64,000 bases of DNA from positions 248,001 through 312,000 of the forward strand of contig OZ025654.1 of assembly GCA_964019335.1 (NCBI GenBank). The letters run 5' to 3'. Position numbers and translations under genes: made by a program. Of the stretch, positions 46,303-57,173 are shown in pieces; positions within the stretch are counted from its first letter, which is position 1, and every line of letters starts with the position of its first letter. A model generated the notes under the pieces. It was not told the DNA's origin, ran no database searches, and saw nothing but the letters and a program-made list of their open reading frames with translations. Source of the stretch: Diplonema japonicum (Eukaryota > Protista > Euglenozoa: Diplonemea).

Positions 46303-46809
46303 TATTTGATTTCTCTTCCCCTTTCCTTCCTGAATATCGGGAGTGGGGGGGAATAGGGGGAAAAAGAATAAGATTATAACGCCACTCTGTTGTTGGTTTC
46401 TTCAAAGAAAGCTCCATCTACTTTTTGCGGTGCGCTGGTTAGCCCCACGTACTGGGGATCCCAACGAGCCTGTCACCAACCTACGGTGCATACTGGTGCC
46501 GGCCGTCGGGGTTCGCCTTTCAGTCATGGATAGCATTTGAAATCGGGTAAGAGTGGGGCGAGCCCACTTCGGGTTCAATGCAGGGCAACAGATAGACAGT
46601 GAAAAAAGGTTCTCTTTTCGCTTCCGCTTTCTCACGGAAGGAGTCGGTGGGGAGGGGTGTCAAATGTTATATAATAGGGAGGGGAAAGGTTTCGAAGTAC
46701 TGATGTGACAAAAAAAGAAAAAAATGAAGAACAAGGGGGAAGGGGGGGGGGGGGGGTGCGACCCTCTTCTTGAGGGATCAGCTTGCCCCGTTGCCTTCAG
46801 TAGAAAAAA

Positions 46810-46936
46810 GGTAGTCTCGACTATTGTGGTCCATGCAGTATGCGACACAGCGGCCACGCTTGTGAAGCTTCGCCCCAAAGTCTCCCAAGCCCCCTGTGGC
46901 CCCGTGGGAAGTAAACATGGAGAAGTAAAAAAAGCC
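46810..46936 (-). mobile_element. Repeat family C, short copy
   Basis: GTAGTCTCGA...CCATGCAGTATGCGACACAGCGGCCAC...CTTCGCCCC...CCCCTGTGG matches 10302-10430. Confidence 0.8.
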
Positions 46937-47527
46937 AAACAGGTACACCTATGACATTATTTAAAATTGTGTGGATTTTAACAAAGATGCGGGTGGTGCC
47001 TTGTAGTAATGTACACGAGAAATCGTATCAAAAAAAAAAAAAAAAAAAAAGAAAGAAAGAAATGTCTTTTAAAACAAATAGGGGAGGGAAAAAAAGGAGG
47101 GGAGGAAAACGTACCTTGAAATTCTCAATTTCGATGAATCTTTCTCTTTTTTTATTCTTCTTTAGAATGTTCTCCAAAGCATTATTCGCTTGCCACTTTC
47201 TTTCATTCGTTTCCTCCTTTTCTTTTCCAATCCAACAGCCATTTCGAATAAAACATCAAAAATCGATCGTTTAACGTCAATGTGACAAGTCAAATGCGCT
47301 ACCAAGTACATGGTGGTGTTTGTAGTCAAACGTGAAAAAATAAAACCACAGACGTGCCTTGTACGGGTTCAACAAAAAAAACAACAGTCGTTAGGGGAAA
47401 GATGAAAGAACGAAAAAGAAAATATAAGCTAAAGGAAGCCTTGTGAAAACCCCCCCTTTGACAATACTCGAGTATTACAACCTTTTCTTTTAAAAAAAGA
47501 AAAAAGAGAGAGAAAAAAGGAACTTCT

Positions 47528-50500
47528 CTACGAAAGGGTAAAGTTCTTGTACGAAGCCTTGGCCAACTGATACCTCTGCTCGACAGTAAATGGCGAAGAC
47601 ACACACAACTGAGGGTCCATCTTCGCATCGGCTGCAGCGGCCGCAGTAGCCATCTGAACCGCATCAATAGCCGCGTAAGTGAATGTCATAGGTGGCTCCC
47701 CGATGGCCTTCCCTCCATTGACAGTAACCGGGTTGGCGATCTCGGTAGCGAGGGTAACGTTGAAAGTCGTAGGAATCTCCCAAGGCGTTGGGAGGAGGTA
47801 CTCAGCACACTTCATAGCACCCTTGTCATCATAGGAAATGCTCTCGGTGAGGGTGTACCCAAGACCCATTACAAATGCGCCTTCAACCTGACCAATGTCG
47901 ATGGCAGGGTTGGCCGACGTTCCAATGTCAAAGATGAGGTCGCTCCTCGGAAGGTCGACCTGTCCTGTCAGAACATCTAACGTGCACTCGAGCGCGCACA
48001 CACCGTATGTGTTGTACACGTCACCGTTGGCATCCTTCCCCTTCGCGATCCCCTCGTCCATTGCCAGGAAGTGTAACGGGATGCCGATGCGGTATGCTTC
48101 CTTCACAAGCTCGTCCCACGATGCGTTCGGGAGCAGCTTCTTAACAGGCGACAGTGCTTCAAGGATGCGGTTGCACGCGTTCTTCGCGGCGAGCGAGCAC
48201 AGTTCCGACGAGATGGAGCCCCCTGTGATGTCCTCGCCGAGGTGCTTCCCCAGTACTGCTGTTGATTGTTCGATGATTGTGATCCTGTCCATCGGGATGC
48301 CCAAGTAGAACGCGATTGTCTGCGTCACCTTTGTCGTCAGTCCCTGGCCGATCTCTGTCCCGCCTGACATCACGCTCACCGACCCGTCGTTGTTGACCGC
48401 CACGTCCACGTCGAAGGCATTCTCAGTGGTGTATCCTACTGCGAACTTAGTTGGAACCAACGCCAATCCCTTCTTCACCCACCTGTTTGTCTTGTTGAAG
48501 GTCTGCACTGTCTGCATTCTCGTCTGCCACCCGGAAGACTGTTTCGTGTTGGCCCACAGGCTGTCGATGTCCCAGTTGCTCAGCGTGAAGCCATACGGCG
48601 TCACGTCACCCTTCTTGTAGAAGTTCTTCTCACGCACATCGGCAGCGCTCATTCCGAGCTTCGCGGCGACAACAGAGATCACCCTCTCGGAATTGTAGAT
48701 ACCAGGGAGCCACCCCGGTCCTCTCATTGAAGTGTTCGAAGGCAGGTCGGTTTTGCACAGTTTAATATCAACGTCCCAGTTCTCGACGTTGTAGCAGTTG
48801 TCAAAGGACACCAGGAAGGCAGACGCCGAGCCGTTTGACTGGTTCAGGAAACCAGCGTTGGCGTACGGGCGAAGCTGAACGGCGTTGATGGTGCCGTCTT
48901 TGTTGAAACCCACCTTCGACTCGAAGTGCCACGGGACACGAAGTCCTAGCATCTGCATGTTGGTGTTTTGCTCCAGTACCATTGACACGGGTTGCTTCTT
49001 TGTCAAAGCGGCAACGGAGGTGAGCTTCGCGGGAAGGACAGAGTTGAAAAGCTTTCCGCCGAACCCACCACCGCAACGCTTGTTCTTCACAATGACCTGC
49101 GCCTTAGTCTTCTCAAGCGTTTCACACAGCAAATCGGAGAGGGCAACAGGCAACTGTGTTGCAGAATGTACCTCAAGACCGTCATTGTCTGTGTTCGGGA
49201 GGGCCAGACACGACTGCGTCTCCATGTGGAAGTGGTACTGCCCGCTGATGTCCCACGTGTCGTCCACCACGTAGTCAGAGTTGTTGAATCCCGTCGCGAC
49301 GTTGCCCTTCTTGAGGGAGAACTCCTTCTTGGTGAAATAGGAGCCAGCTGCAATGGCATCCTCGCAGGTCAAGATGAGGTTCCCCTTCTCGGTGGTGTAC
49401 ACCACTTCAACTGCTTTGGCAGCGAGGACGGCCCTCTGCGGGGTGTCGGCGAGCATCACGCAGACCACCTCACCGATATGAGTCGTTTTGTTCTCGGCGA
49501 TCACGTTTCCGCCACCGTTGTGCTTGTTGTTCGGCACGTCCTTTGCGAGGATCATGCCCTTGTACCCTTCCACCTTTGCAGCAACCTCGGCATCACTCAC
49601 TGTTGCGGTAAAAATAGCAAAAGTTACATACCTGTGAAGTTACCGATGGTCGTAGCAGTTACTGGGCAAGCGTGGAGCGTGTTGGCGGGCAACGGGATGT
49701 TCTGCCGGTGTGTGCTGACTAGCTAAACGACATACCTGTACGTACTCTGCTTCACCTGTGCATTGCTTGAGACCGTCGATCTTCGGGATGGGTTCACCAA
49801 CAGGTGCCCTGTGGCAGTGGAACCTGAAGCAATGCATACCTGCTGGTGTTCTTCTGGAAGTGCTGCGTCCCTTGGGTGGTGTTCTTCAAAAGCCACGGGT
49901 GGGCCGCAAGAATGAGCGACGAAGGCAGCGAGGGCTGCATGTTCAAGAAGAATTTGTAGAAGTATGACAGAGCAAGGGACCTCTTGTAATCCGGCCTCTC
50001 GATGGGGGAGATTGAGTTGGCAAGCTGTTCGCACAGCGACTGGAAGAGGGCCTGGTTAGTAGGGTCGATTTCATTCATGGCCGCCTCGATAGCTGGGTAC
50101 CTCATGGGCTTAGGGCCCACGGAGTTAAACACGAGTGCCACAGAGTTCTTCGTGATCTTCCCGCCGCTGATGTTGCACCTCATGGCCGCCGCACAGTCTG
50201 CCTCAGCGTACCTCTGCCTGGAGGCCGTTCTGAAGGAGAAGAAAACATCGTTCGCGTTGGAGTACGGAATGAAGAACTTCTGGATGTACTTGTACTTCAT
50301 GCTCGCCGTATTGAAGAACTCATCCAAGGTGATTACCATCTGGCTGCCATTTGTGGCGTCTACCACCGTCACAAGGGCACGCACGGCCTGGAACAACATG
50401 GGCCAGTCCACGGGGAATGCCTGGTTGTTCTGGTGTTCGTACGCAATCATGACGTTGCCACCAAGAGTACCTGCGTTACGGATGTTCCCACCTGGCGACA

Positions 50501-51764
50501 GCACGCCGTGTTCTGCAATCTTCTTTATAGAAATGACCTTATCGGCAGGCTGAGTGCTAGCAACCTGTTCGAGGAAGGTCACTGCGTCGTTCAGAGTGGT
50601 GCTCGCACCCAGCGTCACACCCTTGTCATCAATGGAGCACTGCTGCAGCGTCGGGATTGTCCCGACCTGGATGTAGGCATTGGCACGCCTCGGGAACAAC
50701 GGGACGCTAGTGTGCCCTCCGACAAGGAATATGTCGTCCACGGGAGGGCTTGCTTGGGACATTGCTTTCAGTGCACTCATCAACTCTGCTTCCGTCGTGG
50801 CCTGCACCCACTGCGCGTTGCCCACAGTCCCTCTCACGTTGCCCCTTACATTGGCAGGGGCGGGGTTGATCATCTTGACAGGCTGTGCAGGGGGGCACGG
50901 AAGATGCTCGGCACTGAAGATATCCGCCCTCCTCTTCGTCTCGGCAGCGTCCTCCTTCGGAGCGTCGCTCGCGTTCGTTGCGAAGGACTTGTAAGCAGCA
51001 AGGATGGGACGGTACCCTGTGCAGCGGCAGTAGTTGGAGTCGATCAGCTTGTCGAGCTCCGAAGTGGTGAGGCCCTGGGGGGACTCCTGCAGGTGGGAGT
51101 ACAGGTTCATCACCATCCCGACGCTGCAGAAGCCGCACTGCGTGCCGTTGTTCTCAGCGATGGCCTTCTGCACGGCGTGGGGGTTCTTTGTGGTCCCGAT
51201 CCCAATGGAGGACGTGACGTGCATGCCGTTGCAGGCAAGGATGGGCCTGAGGCAGGAGTTGAAGGACCTGTGCGCAGTCTTGCCGTTGGCGTCGGTGAAG
51301 GTGAGCATCGAGACGCATGAACCGCAGCGCCCGACACCGCAGGACCTGCGGAGGCCGGAGTTGGGCACGTTGGCTACTATCCAGTCGTGGACTGACATGT
51401 CTGGCTCCATGGTGGTCTTGCTGGTGTCGATGGTGTACGGCGTCCCGTTGAAGCTGAATGTGCAGACGCTGCTCAGCTTAGCCGGCACCACGTCAGGGGT
51501 CGGGGGGTTGAATGCCTTCGGGGACACAGGCTTTGCCACAGGTGCCTGTGCTGGCGGCTTCTTCGCAGACACGATAAGCTTAGCATTCCTTGCTTTGATG
51601 TACCCAACCCTGCCGTCAAACATCACCTTCACGTGCTCACCGTCCCTCCCCACCATCTGAAGCACAGTGCCATTGGGCACCATGCGGGAGTGCTTCTCAT
51701 CGATAGACTCGCGGAAGGCGACAGTTGGATGCCCGTCGGCCTGCTTGACGAGGATCCTCTGCAT
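47528..51764 (-). CDS. Molybdo-flavoenzyme of the xanthine dehydrogenase/aldehyde oxidase family (aldehyde oxidase-like) with an N-terminal SH3b-like extension; 4 exons, 1379 aa
   Basis: 2Fe-2S motifs CGVGRCGSC, TQCGFCS and NYCRCTGYRPI; FAD domain IRNAGTLGGN; Moco motifs HFHMETQ, RCGGGFGGK, GTEIGQG, NPAIDIGQVEGAFVMG and KAIGEPP. Exons 51764-49840, 49808-49736, 49701-49632 and 49599-47528 (introns 31, 34 and 32 nt, GTATG...CAG) join in frame. Confidence 0.94.
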
Positions 51765-52385
51765 TTCTTATTCCTTGCTTCTCTTAAAGAATTTATGCAA
51801 AAAAAAGAATGGATGGAAAAAAAAAGAGAAAAAGAATAGATATCACTATGTGGGGAGAAGCGCTACATCTCGCCAAAAAAAGAAAAAAAAAGAAGGAACG
51901 ATAAAGGAGGTCATATGTGAGACATTTCTCTGTCTCTCCTCTATCTCTCCCAATGCCTCATAACAAAAACTTCCATCGAATCCGTATTGAAGTCCCAACA
52001 AGGGGCTTTTCTTTTTTAAAAAAGAAGTAAACACGGGGGGGGGGGGGATATTCTGAAGGTCGTGGGAGTTTCGGAGTTGAGTTTTCTTTTTTCCCCCTCC
52101 CCTCTTTTTTTGATAACAACTTTCTTCCCCCCCCCCCTCTTTTATTCTCTGGACACCCCCAAAAAAAGAGTCAGTTAGCATTTGTTTACACACACAGTAT
52201 AAATCATGGGATGAATACTGCGTGCTACTACTCTTTATTGTTTCATGCAAGAAAAACGAGCAGTTCGGTAACAACTTACGGCAGGTTCAGCCGGCTTGTC
52301 GACTCTTTTTTTAAAAAAAAAAAAAAGTATTTTTAACCCAGTTTCTTCTCTCTTTCTTTTTTTTCTTCTTTCTCATTTTTTTTTT

Positions 52386-53018
52386 TCAAACCCCTCGTGC
52401 GGTTCTCCCGGAGGCGAACAACGACTGAAGGTACTGTTGCTGCCCGACCGACGTGGCAACTATGATGATTATCTGGAACGTGAAGAGGATCTGAAGGGTC
52501 GTATAAGTGGACTCTTGGTACTCCTCTTGCACGCGCTCCCGTGACTGGAGCACAACCTGGTCATCCTCTATAGAAGACAGAGTGGATGTGACATGCATGA
52601 GAGAGTCCAACATATTTCTGAGATGTTCTATCTTCGATGTTGTAGCGGGGTGTTTGGAGTAGATAGTGGGGTCGTGTGTCTGTACTGAAAACCGGACGGC
52701 CTTCCCCCCGCCTGTGTTGCTGAAGCAGAATTGGTAAACCCCAGTGGTTTGTGCCACAATATAGACCTTCCTCCCACCTGTTGGTTCAAACCCAGGGCTT
52801 ACATATATATAAGCGCCCGAAGCATCGCGGATCGTGAACTCCAAGGATCGCCTGCCTTCCAGAATCTGAAACTCGCTAAATGTTTCCATTCCTTCTTTTA
52901 TATCTTCCATGAAGCACCTTGTCTCCGTCCCTGAAAGTGGGATGCTATAGCTCTCGACTGCCACCCCTGTTGCCACCGCAACCAGCTGTGCTGCTAGCGT
53001 TAAGTATACAAATATCAT
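52386..53018 (-). CDS. p24/emp24/gp25L GOLD-domain cargo receptor (210 aa)
   Basis: Signal peptide; TRCFMEDI and GVYQFCFSN GOLD cysteines; coiled coil LQSRERVQEE; C-terminal TM followed by QQYLQSLF. Confidence 0.92.
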   Translation of the reverse strand: MIFVYLTLAAQLVAVATGVAVESYSIPLSGTETRCFMEDIKEGMETFSEFQILEGRRSLEFTIRDASGAYIYVSPGFEPTGGRKVYIVAQTTGVYQFCFSNTGGGKAVRFSVQTHDPTIYSKHPATTSKIEHLRNMLDSLMHVTSTLSSIEDDQVVLQSRERVQEEYQESTYTTLQILFTFQIIIIVATSVGQQQYLQSLFASGRTARGV

Positions 53019-53577
53019 ATCTTCCTTCTTTTCCCCCCCTACTGTTAATGTTTTTCGCCATATATCTTAGAAAAGCAAAAAAAGAAAAACAAAAAAAAAG
53101 GGGGGAGGTGGGAGAGAGAGAGAGAGAGGGGGGGGGGGGGGAGGGGTTTTTTTTTTCGCACAGAAATGTTTCTTCTTTTTTTTTTTTCCAGAAAAAAAAA
53201 TAGCTTGACATTTTGCCGTTTTTCTTATTTTTCTTCTTTTTTCTTTCTTTCGTTCCTTCGACAAGTAAAGAAGGGGGGGGGGGGGGGGGAAGCCCACTTT
53301 TATCCTGGGGGGAGGTGATGGTTACATTTAGTATCCAAACAAAAAAAAGGGGAAACTAGATCATCAAAAAAAAAAAATATAGTGGGCGTCTTCGCCGGGC
53401 CAAATTTCTTCATTTTTTTTTCTTTTCCTTATTGGCGGCAGTCCCCACACATTTTGATATGCTAGCGTGAAAAAGAGGCAAGAGTGGGGGAGGGGGGAAT
53501 AGGAATTCTTTTTCTTTTCCCCCTTTTCTTTTTTGAAGCATCATCTTTTTTCTCAAATAATAGAAGGGAAAAAAAAA

Positions 53578-54271
53578 CTCAAAGTACAGGACAAGCCCCC
53601 CGCTAGAGGGCCGCCCTATGGGAGGGGGGGGTCTATCTGTTAATACTCCCCTTCTGGAGCATTGCTTTCATCCCGATTGTGGCTGTGAGCGTCTTGCGGA
53701 GTCGTGTGATGCGATCCCGCTTGTAGGCGGCCTTCAAATCCATCAGCTTGTCGTGCGTGGACTGGGTAGCAAAAATGGGCCTCCTGGAGAAGCCTATAGC
53801 TGCCTTTCCTCCTATGGCGATGAGGGATTTCACCCTTTTCTGCTCATCCGCTGGGAAGGGGCGTCGCTTCTTCCGTGCCCTGCACGCTGCGTTTATCTTT
53901 ACGATTAGGGCCTTGATTCTGCGTGCCCTATCTTCCAGCAGGCCTCCTAATGATTTACCGGTCGTCCATTCGAAGTCAATGGCTAGCTCCACCGCCGACA
54001 CCTCCGAGGCGGTGTCCTTCTCCACCCAGCGCAGCTGTGACAACCATTGTAGCAGCGGGTTCAGGTACTGGGACAGGACCCCACCCACTCCCTCGAGCTC
54101 GCCTGCTATCGGAACGGGGCATCTCTTTCCTACTACATTTCGTTCCCACGGTAGCGGCTGTGTTGACGTCCTCCTTCTGCATGAGCTCCACGTCCCGCTT
54201 CTCAACCACCACGGCCAAGTATCGTTGCAGTTTTTCCAGGTATGCAAAGGCATGTCCTCTCGGCAGTATTG
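53578..54271 (-). mobile_element. 5'-truncated non-LTR retrotransposon C-terminus (related to family L1)
   Basis: LLQWLSQLRW...VSAVELAIDFE...FPA...SLIAIGG...RRPIF...LQKGSINR*; ~55-nt 3' UTR then a T-run; a T-run of >20 nt at the 5' junction. The same domain is linked to an RT fragment at 20742-21765. Confidence 0.8.
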
Positions 54272-54985
54272 AAAAAAAAAAAAAAAAAAAAAAAGGAGAC
54301 TAACAATATAATCATAGGCGTGATATTCTCGACCCTTTCTTCCAGATCCCTTGGGATGGGGCAAGAGTCAGATTCAGCCGCCTTGGGGAGGGAGGAGGGA
54401 GGGTGACGTAAGAGAACAGATAAAAAGAGAAAATCTTTCCGTGCTTTCTTTTTTCTTTAAATTATTTTTCACTTTCTTTTTTTCTAACGAAGGGGAGGGA
54501 GAAGTAAGCGGGATACGAAGGAAATGGAAAAAAGGAAAAATAATTTCGTATGGCTTGTGGTTCGCCAGCTCGTGTTGAACTTATTTCTCTTTGGAAGAAC
54601 AAATGGGGCTTTGGTTGCAACACTATTTGGCGTTAAGTGTGCAGCGTGGTGGGGGGTCTAAACAAAAAAAAGCAAAAAAAAGGGGGATAACATAAACACA
54701 CAATAGATTCCAAACATAAGGCAAGAATAACAGAAGTGACAGGGGGGAGGAGGAGAGAAATCAAAAAAAAATCAAATATGACAAAACAATAAAAAACAAC
54801 TCCAAAAAGGATCTGAGGGTCTTGTTTGTACGTGTCACGGGGAGGGGTAGAAAAACCTGGAGAAAGCTTTTAACCCAAGGTTCCCCTTTGTTTGTGCACC
54901 GGGATTAATCTGTAGAAGGAATAAGTAATCACGAAGCCCACCCCAATTTTGGCGAATTTTGGGTGCGTTATTTTATGTTCCTGGG

Positions 54986-55342
54986 TCGTTCTGAAGCCGT
55001 ACACGTGGGGAAACCTTGACGGGGGTGGAGAGCCCACCCTACGCGTGGCGCCGGTTAGCATCGCCCTCAATGGAGAGTCCCTTATCCCAATAAATAGAAC
55101 AAGGAGGTGGTTTCACCAGGTGGCAAGTAGCCTCTCCGCGGCCTTGAGCCAGTGAAGCAAGCCTCCCACGACTCCCCAGTTGGTGTTTAATTGCTTCTGT
55201 GGCTCCTCTTTTTGAAAAACCTTCTTTACCTCTCCGCTTTTACTTACTACGGGACCACAGGGGACTTGGGAGGCTTCGGGGCGAAGTTTCACAAGGGTGG
55301 CCGCTGTGTCACATACCGCATGGCACTAAAATTGAGACTACC
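54986..55342 (+). mobile_element. Repeat family C, plus-strand copy
   Basis: Reverse complement of 10302-10671; ends GAGACTACC followed by TTTTT. Confidence 0.8.
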
Positions 55343-55574
55343 TTTTTACCAGTTTCCCTCCCTTCATGTTTAAATTTTAACTAGGAGCGACATCAAAAGT
55401 CAATAAAATTAAAATGGGACATTGAAACTATACTTCATATATACAACCCTTCTATTCGTCTCCCGGGGGCCCCAGATACACAAAGCCGACGCACTAGAGT
55501 ATCGAAACGACATAGAAAAGGATTATTTTCCCGAAAATCTGTTCTTTCTGGACGGATTCATATCATACATTCCG

Positions 55575-55629
55575 ATTAAAATAACGTTATTTTAATATTT
55601 GCCCGAATTAAATAACGTTATTTAATTCG
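55575..55629. repeat. Two adjacent perfect palindromes (22 bp and 26 bp) sharing the core AAATAACGTTATTT
   Basis: ATTAAAATAACGTTATTTTAAT (55575-55596) and CGAATTAAATAACGTTATTTAATTCG (55604-55629). Confidence 0.9.
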
Positions 55630-56052
55630 ATATCGTTAAAACAACGGGTACGTAACAAGACTATGGGCCCTTTTTTGCGTTATGGTATTTTGCTACCGGG
55701 TATTTTAAAATATCAATTTGATAACGTTATGCTTGCGTTATAACGTGCAGGCTATGTATAAAAAAAAAAAAAAGAAATGCGTTGCGAATCATTTCAAGAA
55801 GAGAGTCTCCAAGAAATCAAGTCACTCTATGCTACTGGTTTACGTTAGCTAAACACCATAGGCTGCAAACAATAACCCATACATGAACGGGCAATACACA
55901 GGTCCCCTTTCACTAAAATAGAAACAGCCACGTACATACCGAACTAAAAAGAAATATGTTTGTGATCGCCGATTTTAACGCAAAAGCAAACTGCGAAAAG
56001 GCCACCAAGAAAAAGGATTTTTTCTTTTTTTTTTTTTTTTTTTTTGGTCTGC

Positions 56053-56911
56053 CATAGTCATCCAAGGTTAACCGAGGTCACCAACGAGTTTTTAATTTAC
56101 AATCGGGTTTTTAAATTGAACGTAAATTGAAAGGCGAGCATGCTACAACGGAAGAAGACAAGCCTTGTTCAGCGCTGTTTTAAAAGGGGACCTTGAGCAG
56201 ATGAAACATCTAATTGTGGAGCGAGGTGTCGACCCTGGTGCAACGGACATCGATGGTTTCACAGCCCTGTACTATGCAGCTCGCGAAAACAACTGTGTCG
56301 AGGCTGTGGCTGCTCTCGTCTTTTCTTACAACCAGGACCCTGGTGCCAGAAGCAACGAGGGGTGGACACCGGTTCATCAGGCAGCAGATAGTGGAAACCT
56401 CAAGATACTTAAATATCTTGTTGAAACGCGCGGTACAGGTATCTACGGTTGGACAACGGTTCATCTAGCAGCAATCGCTAAATATTTTGTTAAAACTCGA
56501 GGTGTCAAAAGCAACAACGGTTGGACACCTGTTCATCTAGCATCACAGAACGGCCACCTTGAGACATTGAAATATCTTGTTGAAACTCGGGGTCACGCGT
56601 GCGAAAAGCGGGATTTTCCTTGTTTTTGGCGGGTTTTTAACTAAGAGTAAAATCCTGCTGGCAAGTGTGCCCTTGGTGCTGTAGGGGCTTAATTTCCTCC
56701 GTTTTGCATAGGTTACCAGCTGGTCCCTGCTGGTATTTTTTGCCCGAAATATGGGTTTTTTTTTTTTTTTTGAATCGATCACGACCCGGCTTTTAAACCG
56801 ATCGATAAATCAAGATAAACCCATCATTAACCCGACTTTGATCGAAAATCTAAGATTTGCTCGGGTCGGGTTTCAAAACCCGAAGTTGATTGGTTAACCC
56901 TGGATACTATG
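56053..56911. mobile_element. Non-autonomous DNA transposon (~20-bp TIR, 6-bp TSD GTCTGC) carrying an ankyrin fragment
   Basis: Left end CATAGTCATCCAAGGTTAACC; right end reverse-complements to CATAGTATCCAGGGTTAACC; GTCTGC lies immediately outside both ends. Confidence 0.85.
56165..56644 (+). pseudogene. Ankyrin-repeat ORF fragment inside the transposon
   Basis: GFTALYYAA, GWTPVHQAADSGNLKILKYLV and GWTPVHLASQNGHLETLKYLV; TTG start with no in-frame ATG at the 5' end; repeats shortened by internal deletions. Confidence 0.75.
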
Positions 56912-56969
56912 GTCTGCATGACAGAATTCAAACACAATACGTTTTTTGGGATTTTCCCCCAACCTCCCC

Positions 56970-57173
56970 TAGGCCTATGCTAGCATGGAAACGCGTTTCC
57001 ATGCATTTTTTGAAAAAAAGGGAAACGGATACGGAAACGGAAACGGAAACGTTTCCTTATGTTTCCTTAAGAAGAAAACGCGTTTCCATAAGAATTTTGA
57101 AAAGTATGGAAACGGAAACGGGAACGGGAACGGAAACGGAAACGTTTCCACGTTTCCTGCCAGCATAGCCCTA
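56970..57173. mobile_element. MITE family A, copy 5
   Basis: TAGGCCTATGCTAGCA...TGCCAGCATAGCCCTA with GGAAAC tandem motifs. Confidence 0.82.

Noticed and set aside
49600-49840. Split or frameshifted oxidase pseudogene, or programmed frameshifting
   Set aside because: Three short canonical introns restore one continuous frame with the conserved PVGEPIPK...QCTGEAEY motif
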